A stretch of DNA of 64,000 nucleotides, taken from an uncultured virus (IMG/VR IMGVR_UViG_3300025168_000070) (Duplodnaviria; Heunggongvirae; Uroviricota; Caudoviricetes). The notes under the pieces are model-generated. The model was given only the letters and a program-made list of their open reading frames with translations. It was not told where the DNA came from and did no database searches. The DNA is taken from IMG/VR virus record IMGVR_UViG_3300025168_000070. One strand, given 5' to 3'. Position 1 is the stretch's first letter. Each line of letters begins with the position of its first letter. Both the position numbers and the translations under genes were made by a program. Shown piece by piece: positions 9,530 through 19,881 of the stretch.

Positions 9530-9855
9530 AAAAGAAGAGAGTAAACTTCGTTAATTCCTGCGAAAAATACCTGAATGAGAAGGGTGCTACTACTGCGATA
9601 GAGTTAATAGACAACGTAAGGAGTAGTTATGGTAAGAAGTACCGCAATATCCCTAGTGTCATGGAGTTAGCCATGATACTTAGAATAGACAAAAGATTCG
9701 TAATAGTGAAGAAAACAAGAGATGGAGTATCATTGTGGGATGTTGATAGAGTGAGTGGAATAATAAAAATCATTTGTAGCAACGAAGGTTGTGATGAATA
9801 TACCAGTAATCTATTCACACGTGTATGTGATGTCTGTATGGAGGAAGAAGAATGA
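9526..9855 (+). CDS. winged-helix protein with C-terminal Zn finger
   Basis: YLNEKGATTAIELID...PSVMELAMILRIDKRF...W; CSNEGC...CDVC. Confidence 0.6.
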   Translation: MKKKRVNFVNSCEKYLNEKGATTAIELIDNVRSSYGKKYRNIPSVMELAMILRIDKRFVIVKKTRDGVSLWDVDRVSGIIKIICSNEGCDEYTSNLFTRVCDVCMEEEE

Positions 9856-10472
9856 AATCCAAATGGTTGATAGAGCAACGACTGGCATACGAAGATGACC
9901 CTTTGATTATCACAGCCCTAAAATGGGTACTAAGTAGCCCTGAATGTCCTTTATGTAATCATCCTCAAAGGAAAGATATAGAGTATGTCGTTGCTAACGG
10001 TACTCAATCCCCATCGTTTCTAGAAGAAAAGAATGGTTGGACTACTGGTATAATTACTGAACACATGAATGACCATATAGAATACGACCCTAAAGAGGCA
10101 GAGAGGGTGGAAAAATTACGTGATGATAGTATCACTACACTAGATATGGCGGAAGATGTGTTCTCAAGAATCAACTCTTGGTTGGATGAGTGGGAGCAGA
10201 AGAAGGATGAAGAGGGTATCTCTAGGGAATGGATAGGAGAAGCAACGAAGTTGGTTGCTGCTGCTAATACTAATCTAAAGTTGATAGGTACACTAAAGAA
10301 AGAAATTGGTGTTGATTCTCAGTTGCTATTAGCACATCAACAGATAAACGGAGTGATGGGAATATTGGTTGATGTTCTAAGAAACGAACCGATGTTGCTA
10401 AATCAAATGGAGTTAAGACTGGCTGCTTTGAAGGCACCTAGTATGGAAGTGGACTTTGAGGTGATAGAATGA
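9852..10472 (+). CDS. Zn-binding HTH/coiled-coil protein, possible terminase small subunit
   Basis: CPLCNHPQRKDIE...EHMNDH followed by helical oligomerisation region. Confidence 0.45.
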   Translation: MKSKWLIEQRLAYEDDPLIITALKWVLSSPECPLCNHPQRKDIEYVVANGTQSPSFLEEKNGWTTGIITEHMNDHIEYDPKEAERVEKLRDDSITTLDMAEDVFSRINSWLDEWEQKKDEEGISREWIGEATKLVAAANTNLKLIGTLKKEIGVDSQLLLAHQQINGVMGILVDVLRNEPMLLNQMELRLAALKAPSMEVDFEVIE

Positions 10473-10771
10473 CTAACGAAGCCGGTGAAAGAATAAAGTG
10501 GCGACCACATTTTAATCAGTTGATTGCTAGACCGATACCTAAGACCGAGTTTCCTAAAATAGTGGAGAGGATGCTTGATGATGGTTTAGTGTGTATACTT
10601 TCTAGTGGTGGGTATCAATGGTATAGTGGAAGATACAGAGTATCTGCTGCTGCTGTAAGAGAGATATGGGGTCTTTCACAAGCCCAATGGTCTAGGTTTA
10701 TGGGATGGGTTTATACGCATGACCCATTCTCAATAACTGATGGCGAAGAGATACAGACAGACGGCGGTTAA
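10469..10771 (+). CDS. hypothetical protein
   Basis: GAGGTGA RBS, coupled ORF. Confidence 0.65.
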   Translation: MTNEAGERIKWRPHFNQLIARPIPKTEFPKIVERMLDDGLVCILSSGGYQWYSGRYRVSAAAVREIWGLSQAQWSRFMGWVYTHDPFSITDGEEIQTDGG

Positions 10772-11003
10772 AAGAGCAGTAAAAGAGTGGGCTAGAAGTG
10801 AATGGTTTACAGCAAGTGAATTGTTAGACTTGGCCTCACAAATGAATAAACAACCTAGAGGTGGTTTAACTGTATTTTCAGTATCTAGGATATTAACTGG
10901 TCTAGAAGCAAAAGGTATGCTACAATCAAAAAAGAAATTAGGGACAAAAATATACAGGAGGATTGAAGATGGGAGCAATAATATTCACGAACACACCCGA
11001 TAA
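10740..11003 (+). CDS. winged-helix DNA-binding protein
   Basis: FTASELL...LTVFSVSRILTGLEAKGML......KIYR. Confidence 0.6.
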   Translation: MAKRYRQTAVKRAVKEWARSEWFTASELLDLASQMNKQPRGGLTVFSVSRILTGLEAKGMLQSKKKLGTKIYRRIEDGSNNIHEHTR

Positions 11004-11625
11004 ATATACAGAGGGTGAAACTGTTTACATGGAAGGGGTATTACAATATCCCCCTACTGGGGTGGGTATAACATACGTTCTAAACGGTCATTTGTCGGAA
11101 GCAGATGCTAGGTTGCTAGCCCCATTGGTAGGTTATCGTTTGGTTATTACACCAAAGAAAAAGCCTAACTTTACAAGTAGTGAAAACATATTAGTTGATT
11201 GGACTAAAAAGAAACACGATATGTCTCCAATTATTAGAGGTGTCTTTACATTCCCACATAGGCTTTCGTTGCTAAAAAGATTACAGGTTGTACCGATACC
11301 TTACTTGTTAGCGGCTACTAGTGCTGTTAGAGATTACCACTTATGGAGGTTGGTTGCTAAGAGTAATATGATATTACCTGATGAGTATGTTAGGGCTTTG
11401 TTTGCCTATGGTATCGACCCTTCGACACTAGAGGTTGCTAAATCAAAACCCAAAAAACAAAAAGATACATCACATCCCCTCTTTAGAGAAAACGATAAAT
11501 GGATTGATTTTATAATTAGAAACGATGAAAAGGTTGCTAACGAATTGAGAATCGTTGCTCCTGATTTATTACCGAAAGGAGTTAAGAAAAGAAAACAAGA
11601 GGTAGGTGGTTCTGAATGGCCGTAG
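10969..11625 (+). CDS. hypothetical protein
   Basis: about 218 aa ORF, GGAGG RBS. Confidence 0.65.
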   Translation: MGAIIFTNTPDKYTEGETVYMEGVLQYPPTGVGITYVLNGHLSEADARLLAPLVGYRLVITPKKKPNFTSSENILVDWTKKKHDMSPIIRGVFTFPHRLSLLKRLQVVPIPYLLAATSAVRDYHLWRLVAKSNMILPDEYVRALFAYGIDPSTLEVAKSKPKKQKDTSHPLFRENDKWIDFIIRNDEKVANELRIVAPDLLPKGVKKRKQEVGGSEWP

Positions 11626-11846
11626 GTAGTGCTGCTTGTTGGATAAGTATATGGATGGTTATTTTATCATACTTGGTTGTTCCCTTATTTGTATGGTGGG
11701 TTAAGTTATCTATGAAATGTTTTGGTTGGACCGTTGGTTCCAAGCCATCGAAACACATGGCTATGGAAGTTGATGAGGACTATGTTTGGGAGCCTAGTGA
11801 TGAATATTATGAAATGACCTTCATATCCTCCTTTAGCAACCAATAA
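11616..11846 (+). CDS. small membrane protein
   Basis: one hydrophobic segment. Confidence 0.5.
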   Translation: MAVGSAACWISIWMVILSYLVVPLFVWWVKLSMKCFGWTVGSKPSKHMAMEVDEDYVWEPSDEYYEMTFISSFSNQ

Positions 11847-11874
11847 TATAGTCTTACTTTCCTGCTATTTCTGT

Positions 11875-12276
11875 ATGAGTGCTAACAACAGACGACTTAG
11901 ACGTTTGGTTGTTGATATATTGTTCGACAAAGGTGCATTAACTAGAACACAAATAGCCGAGCAGTTGGCCGAATTACGTTCTCTTAGAGAAGTACCTAGC
12001 GACAATAGTTTATCTAGTGTTCTTGCTAAAAATGTTCAGTTGGAATCGGTTGGTTTTGCCAAAGTCGAAAAATTAAATGGCAACAAAACAAAGCACATGA
12101 TATTCGATGTTAAGAGAGACTTGATAACAACTAAGGAAGAAATAGAACAAACAAGGCCGATGTCATGTATGACTGCTAATGAAAGGAAGTTAGCACAAAG
12201 ATGTCCTCAATGTGGGAAGCATAGGATACTACCAAAAAATAGTGAAATATGCCTTCATTGTATTAAGGGTTTATAG
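11875..12276 (+). CDS. winged-helix protein with C-terminal Zn ribbon
   Basis: ILFDKGALTRTQIAE.L...VPSDNSLSSVLAKN; CPQC...CLHC. Confidence 0.65.
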   Translation: MSANNRRLRRLVVDILFDKGALTRTQIAEQLAELRSLREVPSDNSLSSVLAKNVQLESVGFAKVEKLNGNKTKHMIFDVKRDLITTKEEIEQTRPMSCMTANERKLAQRCPQCGKHRILPKNSEICLHCIKGL

Positions 12277-12299
12277 GGACATCTTTGCCGTAAAAGGTT

Positions 12300-12929
12300 A
12301 TGAGTGAACCAATAATAGTAGGTATAACAGGAAGGATGCGTAGTGGAAAATCGACTTTGGCCCATACTTTGGGTAATGGTAGCACTAGAGTTGTTATATC
12401 TTTCGCAGAATATGTAAGACGGGAAGTTGCTGACTCTTTCTTCGGTAATTGGGAATGGCCGCTTTGGAAATTACAAGAGTTAGAAGCCGCAGATAAAGGT
12501 ACTGTAAGACCTATACTACAAGCCTTCGGACACGGTAAAAGGACATTAATAAACACAGATTACTGGGTAAATAAGTTAGCAACCGATGTAGCAGACAACC
12601 ATCAAGATAAAGATATTATATTTATTGATGATGTTAGATATGTAAATGAAATAGAATACATAATGAATCATGGTGGGTATATAGTTAGGTTGTCGTGTGA
12701 TGACGAAATACTGATAGAAAGAGGCGCATCGGCTGATGCTTTATTACACCCTAGTGAAAACAACATAGACCCTGATAATCTTACATTGGCTGAATCAACC
12801 AAGCCTTCGCACGTACTCATGTTAGATAGTGGCTCTGCTGATAAAATGCAAATAGCAAGATGGACTACTAGATGGCTACAAACTTTTGATTTATTTAGAG
12901 ATATTAGTCTCTCACCGGATGAGGAATAA
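12300..12929 (+). CDS. deoxynucleoside monophosphate kinase
   Basis: GITGRMRSGKST P-loop, SFAE.VR, R.ILQ.FG..KR, IDDVRY.NE, H.SE. Confidence 0.85.
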   Translation: MSEPIIVGITGRMRSGKSTLAHTLGNGSTRVVISFAEYVRREVADSFFGNWEWPLWKLQELEAADKGTVRPILQAFGHGKRTLINTDYWVNKLATDVADNHQDKDIIFIDDVRYVNEIEYIMNHGGYIVRLSCDDEILIERGASADALLHPSENNIDPDNLTLAESTKPSHVLMLDSGSADKMQIARWTTRWLQTFDLFRDISLSPDEE

Positions 12930-12931
12930 AT

Positions 12932-13876
12932 ATGCTAAAGACTATTTGGTCGGAAAAATATAGGCCGATTAGATTAGAAGAGATAGGCGGCCAAGAAAGA
13001 GTATTAGTTGAATTGGTTGCTATTGCTGCGGGTGAAGGTACTCCTCAACACTTTTTATTTCATAGTGCGGAAGCAGGTACAGGTAAGACCACTACTGCTA
13101 GAGCATTTGCTCACAGTCTAGGTTGGCCCTTACATGAGTTTAACGCATCCACTAAAAGACTTAGAGGTATCGAGTTTATAGAAGATGAATTAATACCCCT
13201 TAGCAACCGAGGAGGTAAGGTCGTATTCCTACTAGATGAAGCAGACCAATTAACCCCTGCTGCACAATCCGCTTTGAAAGGTGTTATAGAGAATACGGAT
13301 GGTATATTTATTTTAACTTCTAATAACATTAGTAAAATATCCACATGGATTAAATCAAGGGTTGCTGTTAGATGCTTTCAACCGATAGATTATGATTGGA
13401 TGAGTCATATAATACGCAAGATAGCAACCTTAGAGAATCTAACATTAGAGGAAAACTGGACTAGGAGAATAATAAAAAGCAACAAAGGGGATTTGAGAAG
13501 TGCTATAAATACATTACAAGCCTTGTCGTGCGTACCCGAAGAGATGAGAGACACATTTACTCTTTCGTTGCTTGGAGAATCAGTTGACACAAAACTATTT
13601 TTGAAAGTATGCTTTAGAGACAAAGATATAGAAACTGCTGTTGCTTTGTTATCAGGATATAGAGTGAGAGAAAGCATAAGAGAAATATTCCAGTACGCTA
13701 CCAATAGTGAAGCAACGGCTGAATCTAAGATGAAAGTTATAGAAGCAGCCATCATAGCGGAGCGTGATTGTATAAACGGAGTACATGAAGAGATAGTCAA
13801 ATGGGCTTTTTGTTCTATGTTGTGTGGGGGGTTTATAGGGAGATGGGAGACAGGAGAGAGTACTACAAACAGGTGA
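12932..13876 (+). CDS. rfcS: replication factor C small subunit (clamp loader)
   Basis: WSEKYRP, GTGKTT, EFNAS..RGI, LLDEADQLT..AQ.AL, GDLR.AIN.LQ. Confidence 0.9.
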   Translation: MLKTIWSEKYRPIRLEEIGGQERVLVELVAIAAGEGTPQHFLFHSAEAGTGKTTTARAFAHSLGWPLHEFNASTKRLRGIEFIEDELIPLSNRGGKVVFLLDEADQLTPAAQSALKGVIENTDGIFILTSNNISKISTWIKSRVAVRCFQPIDYDWMSHIIRKIATLENLTLEENWTRRIIKSNKGDLRSAINTLQALSCVPEEMRDTFTLSLLGESVDTKLFLKVCFRDKDIETAVALLSGYRVRESIREIFQYATNSEATAESKMKVIEAAIIAERDCINGVHEEIVKWAFCSMLCGGFIGRWETGESTTNR

Positions 13877-13882
13877 ATTAAT

Positions 13883-15097
13883 ATGTTAAATGATATGATA
13901 GAGAAAATTGCCGGCAACATAGGTTGTACGGTTGAAGAACTAATGAACGCCCATGCTGCGGTTAAAGAAACCAACCATGCAGGGTTTATTGCGGCAGGTA
14001 AAACTGATGAAGAAGCAAACACTCTTTGTTTAAGAATGGCTTCCACTACCGTAAGAAAGAAATCAATGGCACTATCCCGAAGCGGATTGGAAGAATATGA
14101 AGGTGTATTCCTAAGTGTACCGAGAGCAAAAGACTTTGCAGAATTAGCCTACAAAAAGATGGCAGGTGTACTAAATAATTTAGATAGTACTGGCAGAGAG
14201 AACCTTGTTGCTAGCGGTCAAGTTATGACTTTCTCGCCGGCAGGTAATGGCACGTACTTCCGTAGTGCGAACCCAACTCTCGTTGCTAAACAACCCTTTG
14301 AAGCAGGGCAAACGGATAGAAGTACAGTAACCAATTTGCCTAAGCATACTATGACATTGAATGATGGTACTATATTCTGTTGCGTGTGGAACAACACCAT
14401 GCCAGTATTCCCTAATGGTAATGCCAATTATAGATACGGTCAACCAAGACCTTTGTCTGAGCCTGAAAGGGTTTCAACATTCTTAGGGAGGAAGAGAGGT
14501 ACAGACAACGCACCTACTGTAATGAAAGTATATGCGAGTGGTAAGTTAAGCAGGGCTTCCTTCCCAACACTAACAACCGGCTTTATAGCGGGTAAATCTA
14601 ACGCTAATGGAGATAGGCTTTATCTAAAGGCAGACCTAAGTACATGGAATGATGATGCTAAGGTTGCTACTATGTGGCCTAATGCTCCTCACGAATGGAA
14701 TCTAGCAGACTTAGGAATAACTGCTTTGGATGGTTTAGATTCTATTGAATCCTATGTAGGTGGATTAGGTGATAAAGAAAAGTGGGATGCTTTATGTGCT
14801 GTAAGATTAGAAGTAGTACATATAGACCCACAAGACAGAGGTGGCTTTGTGATAACATTAGGAGACTTAGATTACACAAGTATGTCTATGCCTCTTGAAT
14901 TATGGGTTCCTAAATCTCAAGAGAAATATCTAGACTTCGGTGTAGGTTCAACCATGATGGTAATAGGTCAAGGTTGGATGGGCCGAGATGGTGATGGTAG
15001 GATGTCTATAACAGGATGGTCTGTTATGGATAATCTAGTACCAACAACAGATTATGAAGATACTGATATGGAAGATGCACCGGATGGGTGGGAATAA
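13883..15097 (+). CDS. probable ssDNA-binding protein (RPA-like OB fold)
   Basis: C-terminal beta-rich OB-like pattern (FGVGS..MVIGQ.W); position in replication module. Confidence 0.5.
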   Translation: MLNDMIEKIAGNIGCTVEELMNAHAAVKETNHAGFIAAGKTDEEANTLCLRMASTTVRKKSMALSRSGLEEYEGVFLSVPRAKDFAELAYKKMAGVLNNLDSTGRENLVASGQVMTFSPAGNGTYFRSANPTLVAKQPFEAGQTDRSTVTNLPKHTMTLNDGTIFCCVWNNTMPVFPNGNANYRYGQPRPLSEPERVSTFLGRKRGTDNAPTVMKVYASGKLSRASFPTLTTGFIAGKSNANGDRLYLKADLSTWNDDAKVATMWPNAPHEWNLADLGITALDGLDSIESYVGGLGDKEKWDALCAVRLEVVHIDPQDRGGFVITLGDLDYTSMSMPLELWVPKSQEKYLDFGVGSTMMVIGQGWMGRDGDGRMSITGWSVMDNLVPTTDYEDTDMEDAPDGWE

Positions 15098-16059
15098 TGG
15101 CTTGGGGTCAAGCCGTTGCTTCCTCTCCTAGCAACCCTATCGAAGACAGGTCTTCTTACGGAAGAGATTACTACGCTAATTTGTTGACAGGTAGTACCAA
15201 CAAACATTTCCCTGTAAGATTAGCCGCAGTAGGAAAAGAAAATACTGCAAAGACGGGTACGCTAATTGATTTAGCGTTGAAAACAACAGAGGGAGATGTC
15301 ATTATCCTAGATATAGACAATAGTGCTACACAAACAGTTATGGTTAATTATCCTAATAACGACCGTATCAAAGTTATCCCTGTATACGATGCTTCTGATG
15401 CTTCTCTTTTCAATGAAGATAACTCGACTAACTGGGTTGCTTTGGTTGATAAAATGTCATGGTTCATGCGTATACTGGGTGAACAATGTAAGACAGGAGA
15501 GATAGGAGGAGTTATCATTGACGGTTGCTCCACATTCCTAAAGTGGTGCGAGTTTAGTATGACTGATGTTTTACTACGAAGAGGCGTTATAGAGAAAGAA
15601 GGTGATTCATTCAATCAAAAAGAATGGAGGACTAGAAACCAACTATTCAGAGATGTTATCAACAGAGCCCATCAATTACAGGCTCCATTTGTAGGATACA
15701 CTTTTCACTTAAAAGATGTTAAAGAATATATGGATATTGGCGGAGGTCAAAAAGGTCTTATGAAGGTAGGAGAAACACCGGAATGGGAGAATGGAACAAA
15801 AAGACTATTCTCGCAACAGATTTGGTTGACAAGATACAGTAAGAAAGGAGACCTAGCGGCGGGTGTTAAGAAGGATGCTAGCCTAAGTAGCAACGAGTGG
15901 GTTGTTAGAGGTACTATTACTGAAATGAAAGGACTTCACCAAGAATATCTAGGTACTACACACGATGTACTTACTGTTAAAGATGGTACAGTTGTTTGGA
16001 ATGGACTACCGTTCTTAAACTGGAACAACAAAGCAACGACAACAGAGGTCGAAGAATAA
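15097..16059 (+). CDS. P-loop ATPase (RecA/Sak4/AAA_24-like recombination protein)
   Basis: AVGKENTAKTG Walker A variant, ILDID, GVIIDG Walker B, W..RN. Confidence 0.65.
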   Translation: MAWGQAVASSPSNPIEDRSSYGRDYYANLLTGSTNKHFPVRLAAVGKENTAKTGTLIDLALKTTEGDVIILDIDNSATQTVMVNYPNNDRIKVIPVYDASDASLFNEDNSTNWVALVDKMSWFMRILGEQCKTGEIGGVIIDGCSTFLKWCEFSMTDVLLRRGVIEKEGDSFNQKEWRTRNQLFRDVINRAHQLQAPFVGYTFHLKDVKEYMDIGGGQKGLMKVGETPEWENGTKRLFSQQIWLTRYSKKGDLAAGVKKDASLSSNEWVVRGTITEMKGLHQEYLGTTHDVLTVKDGTVVWNGLPFLNWNNKATTTEVEE

Positions 16060-16195
16060 GATTAGAAGTTGGCGAGGCTAGATAAACAGGTTCTAGCCCA
16101 AAACCATAACCGATATGCACAGGATGTAATTCTGATAATTCATAGAGCATTAACAAGTTGGATAAGCCAATAAAAATCTAGCAACGGAGCCTTTT

Positions 16196-16501
16196 ATGGT
16201 TAGGAAGAATTACTTCATCAAACGATGGGTAATATCTGCTCTATCCACACAAAGAAGACCTATTACTGCTAGAAGAGTATTAGATATAATAAAGGAGCAA
16301 CGAAACCCTAAAATTAATCCTAATGCTAGACAATCCCCTAATTTGTCAGCCGTTCAGTTAGGTGCAATTATGTGTAGGATGAAAGAAATAAACGTGATTA
16401 AACACGCTAGAACAAATGTGAATAATCTGTATCAATTGACTAATGAGCATGACGGTTTATATGGAGAAGGTAAGAGGGATATATATGACATCAAACAATA
16501 G
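16196..16501 (+). CDS. winged-helix DNA-binding protein
   Basis: ISALS....PITARRVLD...LSAVQLGAIM...NLYQL. Confidence 0.55.
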   Translation: MVRKNYFIKRWVISALSTQRRPITARRVLDIIKEQRNPKINPNARQSPNLSAVQLGAIMCRMKEINVIKHARTNVNNLYQLTNEHDGLYGEGKRDIYDIKQ

Positions 16502-17318
16502 TGTAATATTAAACAATCAAAAACTACAAGAAATGTTGAAGGCCGCTAGAAGGTTTAGTTATATCAACGGGACTAAACAGCCTCAATGTCATGCTTGTGT
16601 AATAATCTGCGACCAAAATAGCGACAAAGCAACCATAGTTAGTACAGTAAAGGATGGTGTTAGTAGCGTACATGAATTACAAATGGATTGTGAGGCGGGT
16701 GGATTCCTACACATAGTAGTTGCTGATATAGCAGATATGTTAGGTGTGTTGAAAACTCATAGTGATGAGATTACTATAACTGTTGATAAGATAGGTGATA
16801 ACTTAATAATTAAATCATCGAATAAGAAAACTGTTCTAAGGTCTTCTGCCCTTTGTAGGGCGTATCCGTCTTCTAGACAAACAGCAATAGAACAGATGGG
16901 TAAGGCGGAGGGTATAATTCTTAAGATAGATAAGACTAATCGTACTTATACAGATAACAACGGTAAAAAACATACTCCTTTAACTGGGGATTATTCAAGA
17001 GATGTGTTGGTTGAAGCATTCAAAAGTGCAAATGTGAACGGGCAAAGCGTTGCTAGATATTTATTACATAATTCGGATAATAATACACATATAACAACCG
17101 GTGTCTCGTTAAGAGGTAAAACATCGACTATGATTTCGCTTGCTGCATTCCCCTATAATATTGAGTTTGGTGGCGGTTTGGGGGAAGTACTTACTTACTT
17201 CGATAAAACAATCATACTTTCTATTTACGATATGAGAGACTACGGAGGAGGATTTATACTTCTTTTCCAAGATGGTCGTAATATGGTTATGCAGGTAGGT
17301 GTTTCAGTTGCTAATTAA
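16485..17318 (+). CDS. probable sliding clamp (PCNA-like)
   Basis: about 277 aa alpha/beta repeat pattern, located between RFC and PolB; promoter box 29 nt upstream of ATG 16485. Confidence 0.45.
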   Translation: MTSNNSVILNNQKLQEMLKAARRFSYINGTKQPQCHACVIICDQNSDKATIVSTVKDGVSSVHELQMDCEAGGFLHIVVADIADMLGVLKTHSDEITITVDKIGDNLIIKSSNKKTVLRSSALCRAYPSSRQTAIEQMGKAEGIILKIDKTNRTYTDNNGKKHTPLTGDYSRDVLVEAFKSANVNGQSVARYLLHNSDNNTHITTGVSLRGKTSTMISLAAFPYNIEFGGGLGEVLTYFDKTIILSIYDMRDYGGGFILLFQDGRNMVMQVGVSVAN

Positions 17319-17628
17319 ATGTAGTTGTGGTAATGAGTTTAGTCTCCATAGAGGGATATACTTAGATTATAATGAAACTAAAACTGGTTTCTATTACATA
17401 GGTTGCCCTAAATGCGAAAAGACATTTGATTTGACAGTTAAACTAAAGGGTGTAATTACAGACAAAGGATATAGAAGGAAAGACAGATTGGTTGCTATGT
17501 ACGTTGAACATGGTATGAGTATGCAAAAAATAGGAGATGTATATGGTGTATCTGCTACGGCTATCAACAAGTGGCTTAACAAACACAATATACCAACAAG
17601 GTCGAGAGGTCAAGTGCGTGATAATTGA
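17299..17628 (+). CDS. Zn ribbon + HTH protein
   Basis: CSC...CPKC; MYVEHGMSMQKIGDVYGVSATAINKWL..HNIPTR. Confidence 0.7.
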   Translation: MFQLLIKCSCGNEFSLHRGIYLDYNETKTGFYYIGCPKCEKTFDLTVKLKGVITDKGYRRKDRLVAMYVEHGMSMQKIGDVYGVSATAINKWLNKHNIPTRSRGQVRDN

Positions 17629-19861
17629 ACGGACAGGCCGAAACAAAATATCTGTTAGGCTAAGAGATTCATTAGGAAAACGTATTACTGAAACCTATAA
17701 ATGTCAGCCTTACTTTTACGTTGAAGACACGGCAGTACCTATATCTCATAATTCTATATTAAAGTATGAAAGTGGCTACAAAGGTGTTTACGGTGAAGAC
17801 TTAACTAGAGTGTATACAAAAAGCCCCGAAGACATCTATTCTATAAAACAAGACTTCCCTCATTTAGAAACATGGGAGGCTAATATTCCCTTTGTTAACA
17901 GAGCATTAACACATAACAAAGTGTTGCCTGAAAACTATAATCATAGGGTTTGGTATTTAGACTGTGAATGGTCTATTAGAACAGGTAAATTAACTATAAT
18001 GGTTGTTTATGATACCTTTAGCAACCAATACTTTGTATTCTTTACACACCCTGATTACGAAGCAGGTTATTACGATACATTCCCTTGTAAAAATCATCCT
18101 GATGGTTTGAAAGAGTTGGTATTGAATAAACCAGCCATAGGATTTAGCAACGAGAAATCAATGCTCAAGGCTTTCGCTAAACATTTAGTTAAACAAGACC
18201 CTGATGTTATTACGGGTTGGAACGTGGTAAATGCAGATTTACAAAAGATTATCAAAAGGTTTCAGGCTAATGGTTTGGACCCTAGAACATTATCCCCTAT
18301 CAATAGAATAAGATATAACTTTGGTGATTGGTCGCAACCAATAGGTGGGGTGAATACTATTGATATGATGATTGCTTTCACTAGGTTATGGACTATGAAG
18401 AACGGACAACTACCAAATAAATCATTAGCAACCGTTTCTAGTGAATGCCTACAAGAAACTAAAGTGGAGTTAGAAGACGGGCATGAAACTTATTACACGG
18501 ATTTCGGTACATATCTAGATTACTCCATACAAGATGTTAGGTTGCTACCACAATTAAACTCTCTAAATAACTGTATAGAACACTATACTGCTGTTCAACA
18601 TATTGTAGGTTGCGATATAAGAACGACTCCTTTCATAACAAAAATACTTAGTATACTAGCATTAAGAGATGAAGAGTTTAATTTACAGATACCAACCAAA
18701 CCTCAATTTGAGTTTGAGCCTTATGCTGGAGCATCAATAGCGATAGATAAGGTAGGTGTTTTTGATAATGTTGCTATCTTAGATATTAGGGCTATGTATC
18801 ATAGTAATGTGGACTTACATAATATAGGACACGAAACATTAGATAAGAATGGTAAAGACTGTGGCAACGGAGTTTGTTTTAGCCAAGACAAACCAAGTCT
18901 GTTGCTAAGACAGATGAATAAAATGACAGAATTAAGACAAGAATACAAAGAGAAACTAAAAACAGCAAAAACAAAAGAAGAAAGAAACAGATATGATTCA
19001 CTACAATTCGCAACTAAGTCTTTGGTTGCTAGCCTTTATGGTGCTGCTGGTGATTCAAAATACGGATTGTATCACCCTAAAGTTGCTGCTGCTATAACAT
19101 ACACTTCACGTATGACTCTCCAAAGACTAAGAGAAGAGTGTGAAAGTGAGGGTTTTGAAGTCTTATACTCTCATACTGATTCTGCGTTCGTTATCATCCC
19201 TACGCCTGAACAGGGGATAGAATTGACTAAAGTATTGAATAAGAAAATGTATCCAATAGAGAATGAGTTTGAAAAGTGGTGTAAATGTCTGTTGCTAAAG
19301 GCTAAGAATAGATACGCAGGTATTGTTTCTTGGAGTGATGGTAGGTATCAAGACTCTGAATTATATGTAAAAGGTATAGAGTTGAAACAAGCAAAGATGT
19401 TTCCGATTGTCAAACAAGTATTATCCACTACAATAAATAGTATACTGGAAGATAGAAACGGCAACGAACAGGAGAACACCGAGTTAGTAATTGAAATAAT
19501 AGAAGGGATATTGGAAGGTCGTTATCCCTTAGAAGATTTATGTATGAAAGGTAATCTAAAGAAAGACCTTAGTAAGTACAAGGTTCTTTCGGGAGTTTCA
19601 GCAGGTGCTAGATGGGCTAATGATAATCTAGGTAAGGGTTATCGTAACGGTAGTTTCTTCTTAGTATCATTAGATAGCAACGGAGATTATATTGCTTTCG
19701 ATAATGTTAATGAAATAGAAGGTTTTGCCGAAATAGGAAGACACCACATCATAGATAGATTTATCATCAAAAAGATAGAACCCTATTATCAGGTAGCGGA
19801 TTGGGAGATACAGCCTATATACAATGCCCTACATGGTATTCCATCCGTTGGGTTTATATGA
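17618..19861 (+). CDS. polB: family B DNA polymerase
   Basis: ExoI YLDCEW, ExoII GWNVVNAD, motif A LDIRAMYHS, motif B KSLVASLYG, motif C YSHTDS, KNRYAG, KGIE; GTG start after GAGGT RBS. Confidence 0.95.
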   Translation: MIIERTGRNKISVRLRDSLGKRITETYKCQPYFYVEDTAVPISHNSILKYESGYKGVYGEDLTRVYTKSPEDIYSIKQDFPHLETWEANIPFVNRALTHNKVLPENYNHRVWYLDCEWSIRTGKLTIMVVYDTFSNQYFVFFTHPDYEAGYYDTFPCKNHPDGLKELVLNKPAIGFSNEKSMLKAFAKHLVKQDPDVITGWNVVNADLQKIIKRFQANGLDPRTLSPINRIRYNFGDWSQPIGGVNTIDMMIAFTRLWTMKNGQLPNKSLATVSSECLQETKVELEDGHETYYTDFGTYLDYSIQDVRLLPQLNSLNNCIEHYTAVQHIVGCDIRTTPFITKILSILALRDEEFNLQIPTKPQFEFEPYAGASIAIDKVGVFDNVAILDIRAMYHSNVDLHNIGHETLDKNGKDCGNGVCFSQDKPSLLLRQMNKMTELRQEYKEKLKTAKTKEERNRYDSLQFATKSLVASLYGAAGDSKYGLYHPKVAAAITYTSRMTLQRLREECESEGFEVLYSHTDSAFVIIPTPEQGIELTKVLNKKMYPIENEFEKWCKCLLLKAKNRYAGIVSWSDGRYQDSELYVKGIELKQAKMFPIVKQVLSTTINSILEDRNGNEQENTELVIEIIEGILEGRYPLEDLCMKGNLKKDLSKYKVLSGVSAGARWANDNLGKGYRNGSFFLVSLDSNGDYIAFDNVNEIEGFAEIGRHHIIDRFIIKKIEPYYQVADWEIQPIYNALHGIPSVGFI

Positions 19862-19881
19862 AGAGTGTGTGTGGAAAGACT

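Noticed and set aside
13405..14046. 213-aa minus-strand ORF
   Set aside because: Antisense to RFC and RPA-like genes, no motif
17618..19861. Intein or intron in PolB (also considered for terL and MCM)
   Set aside because: Lengths are normal and no splicing motifs were seen
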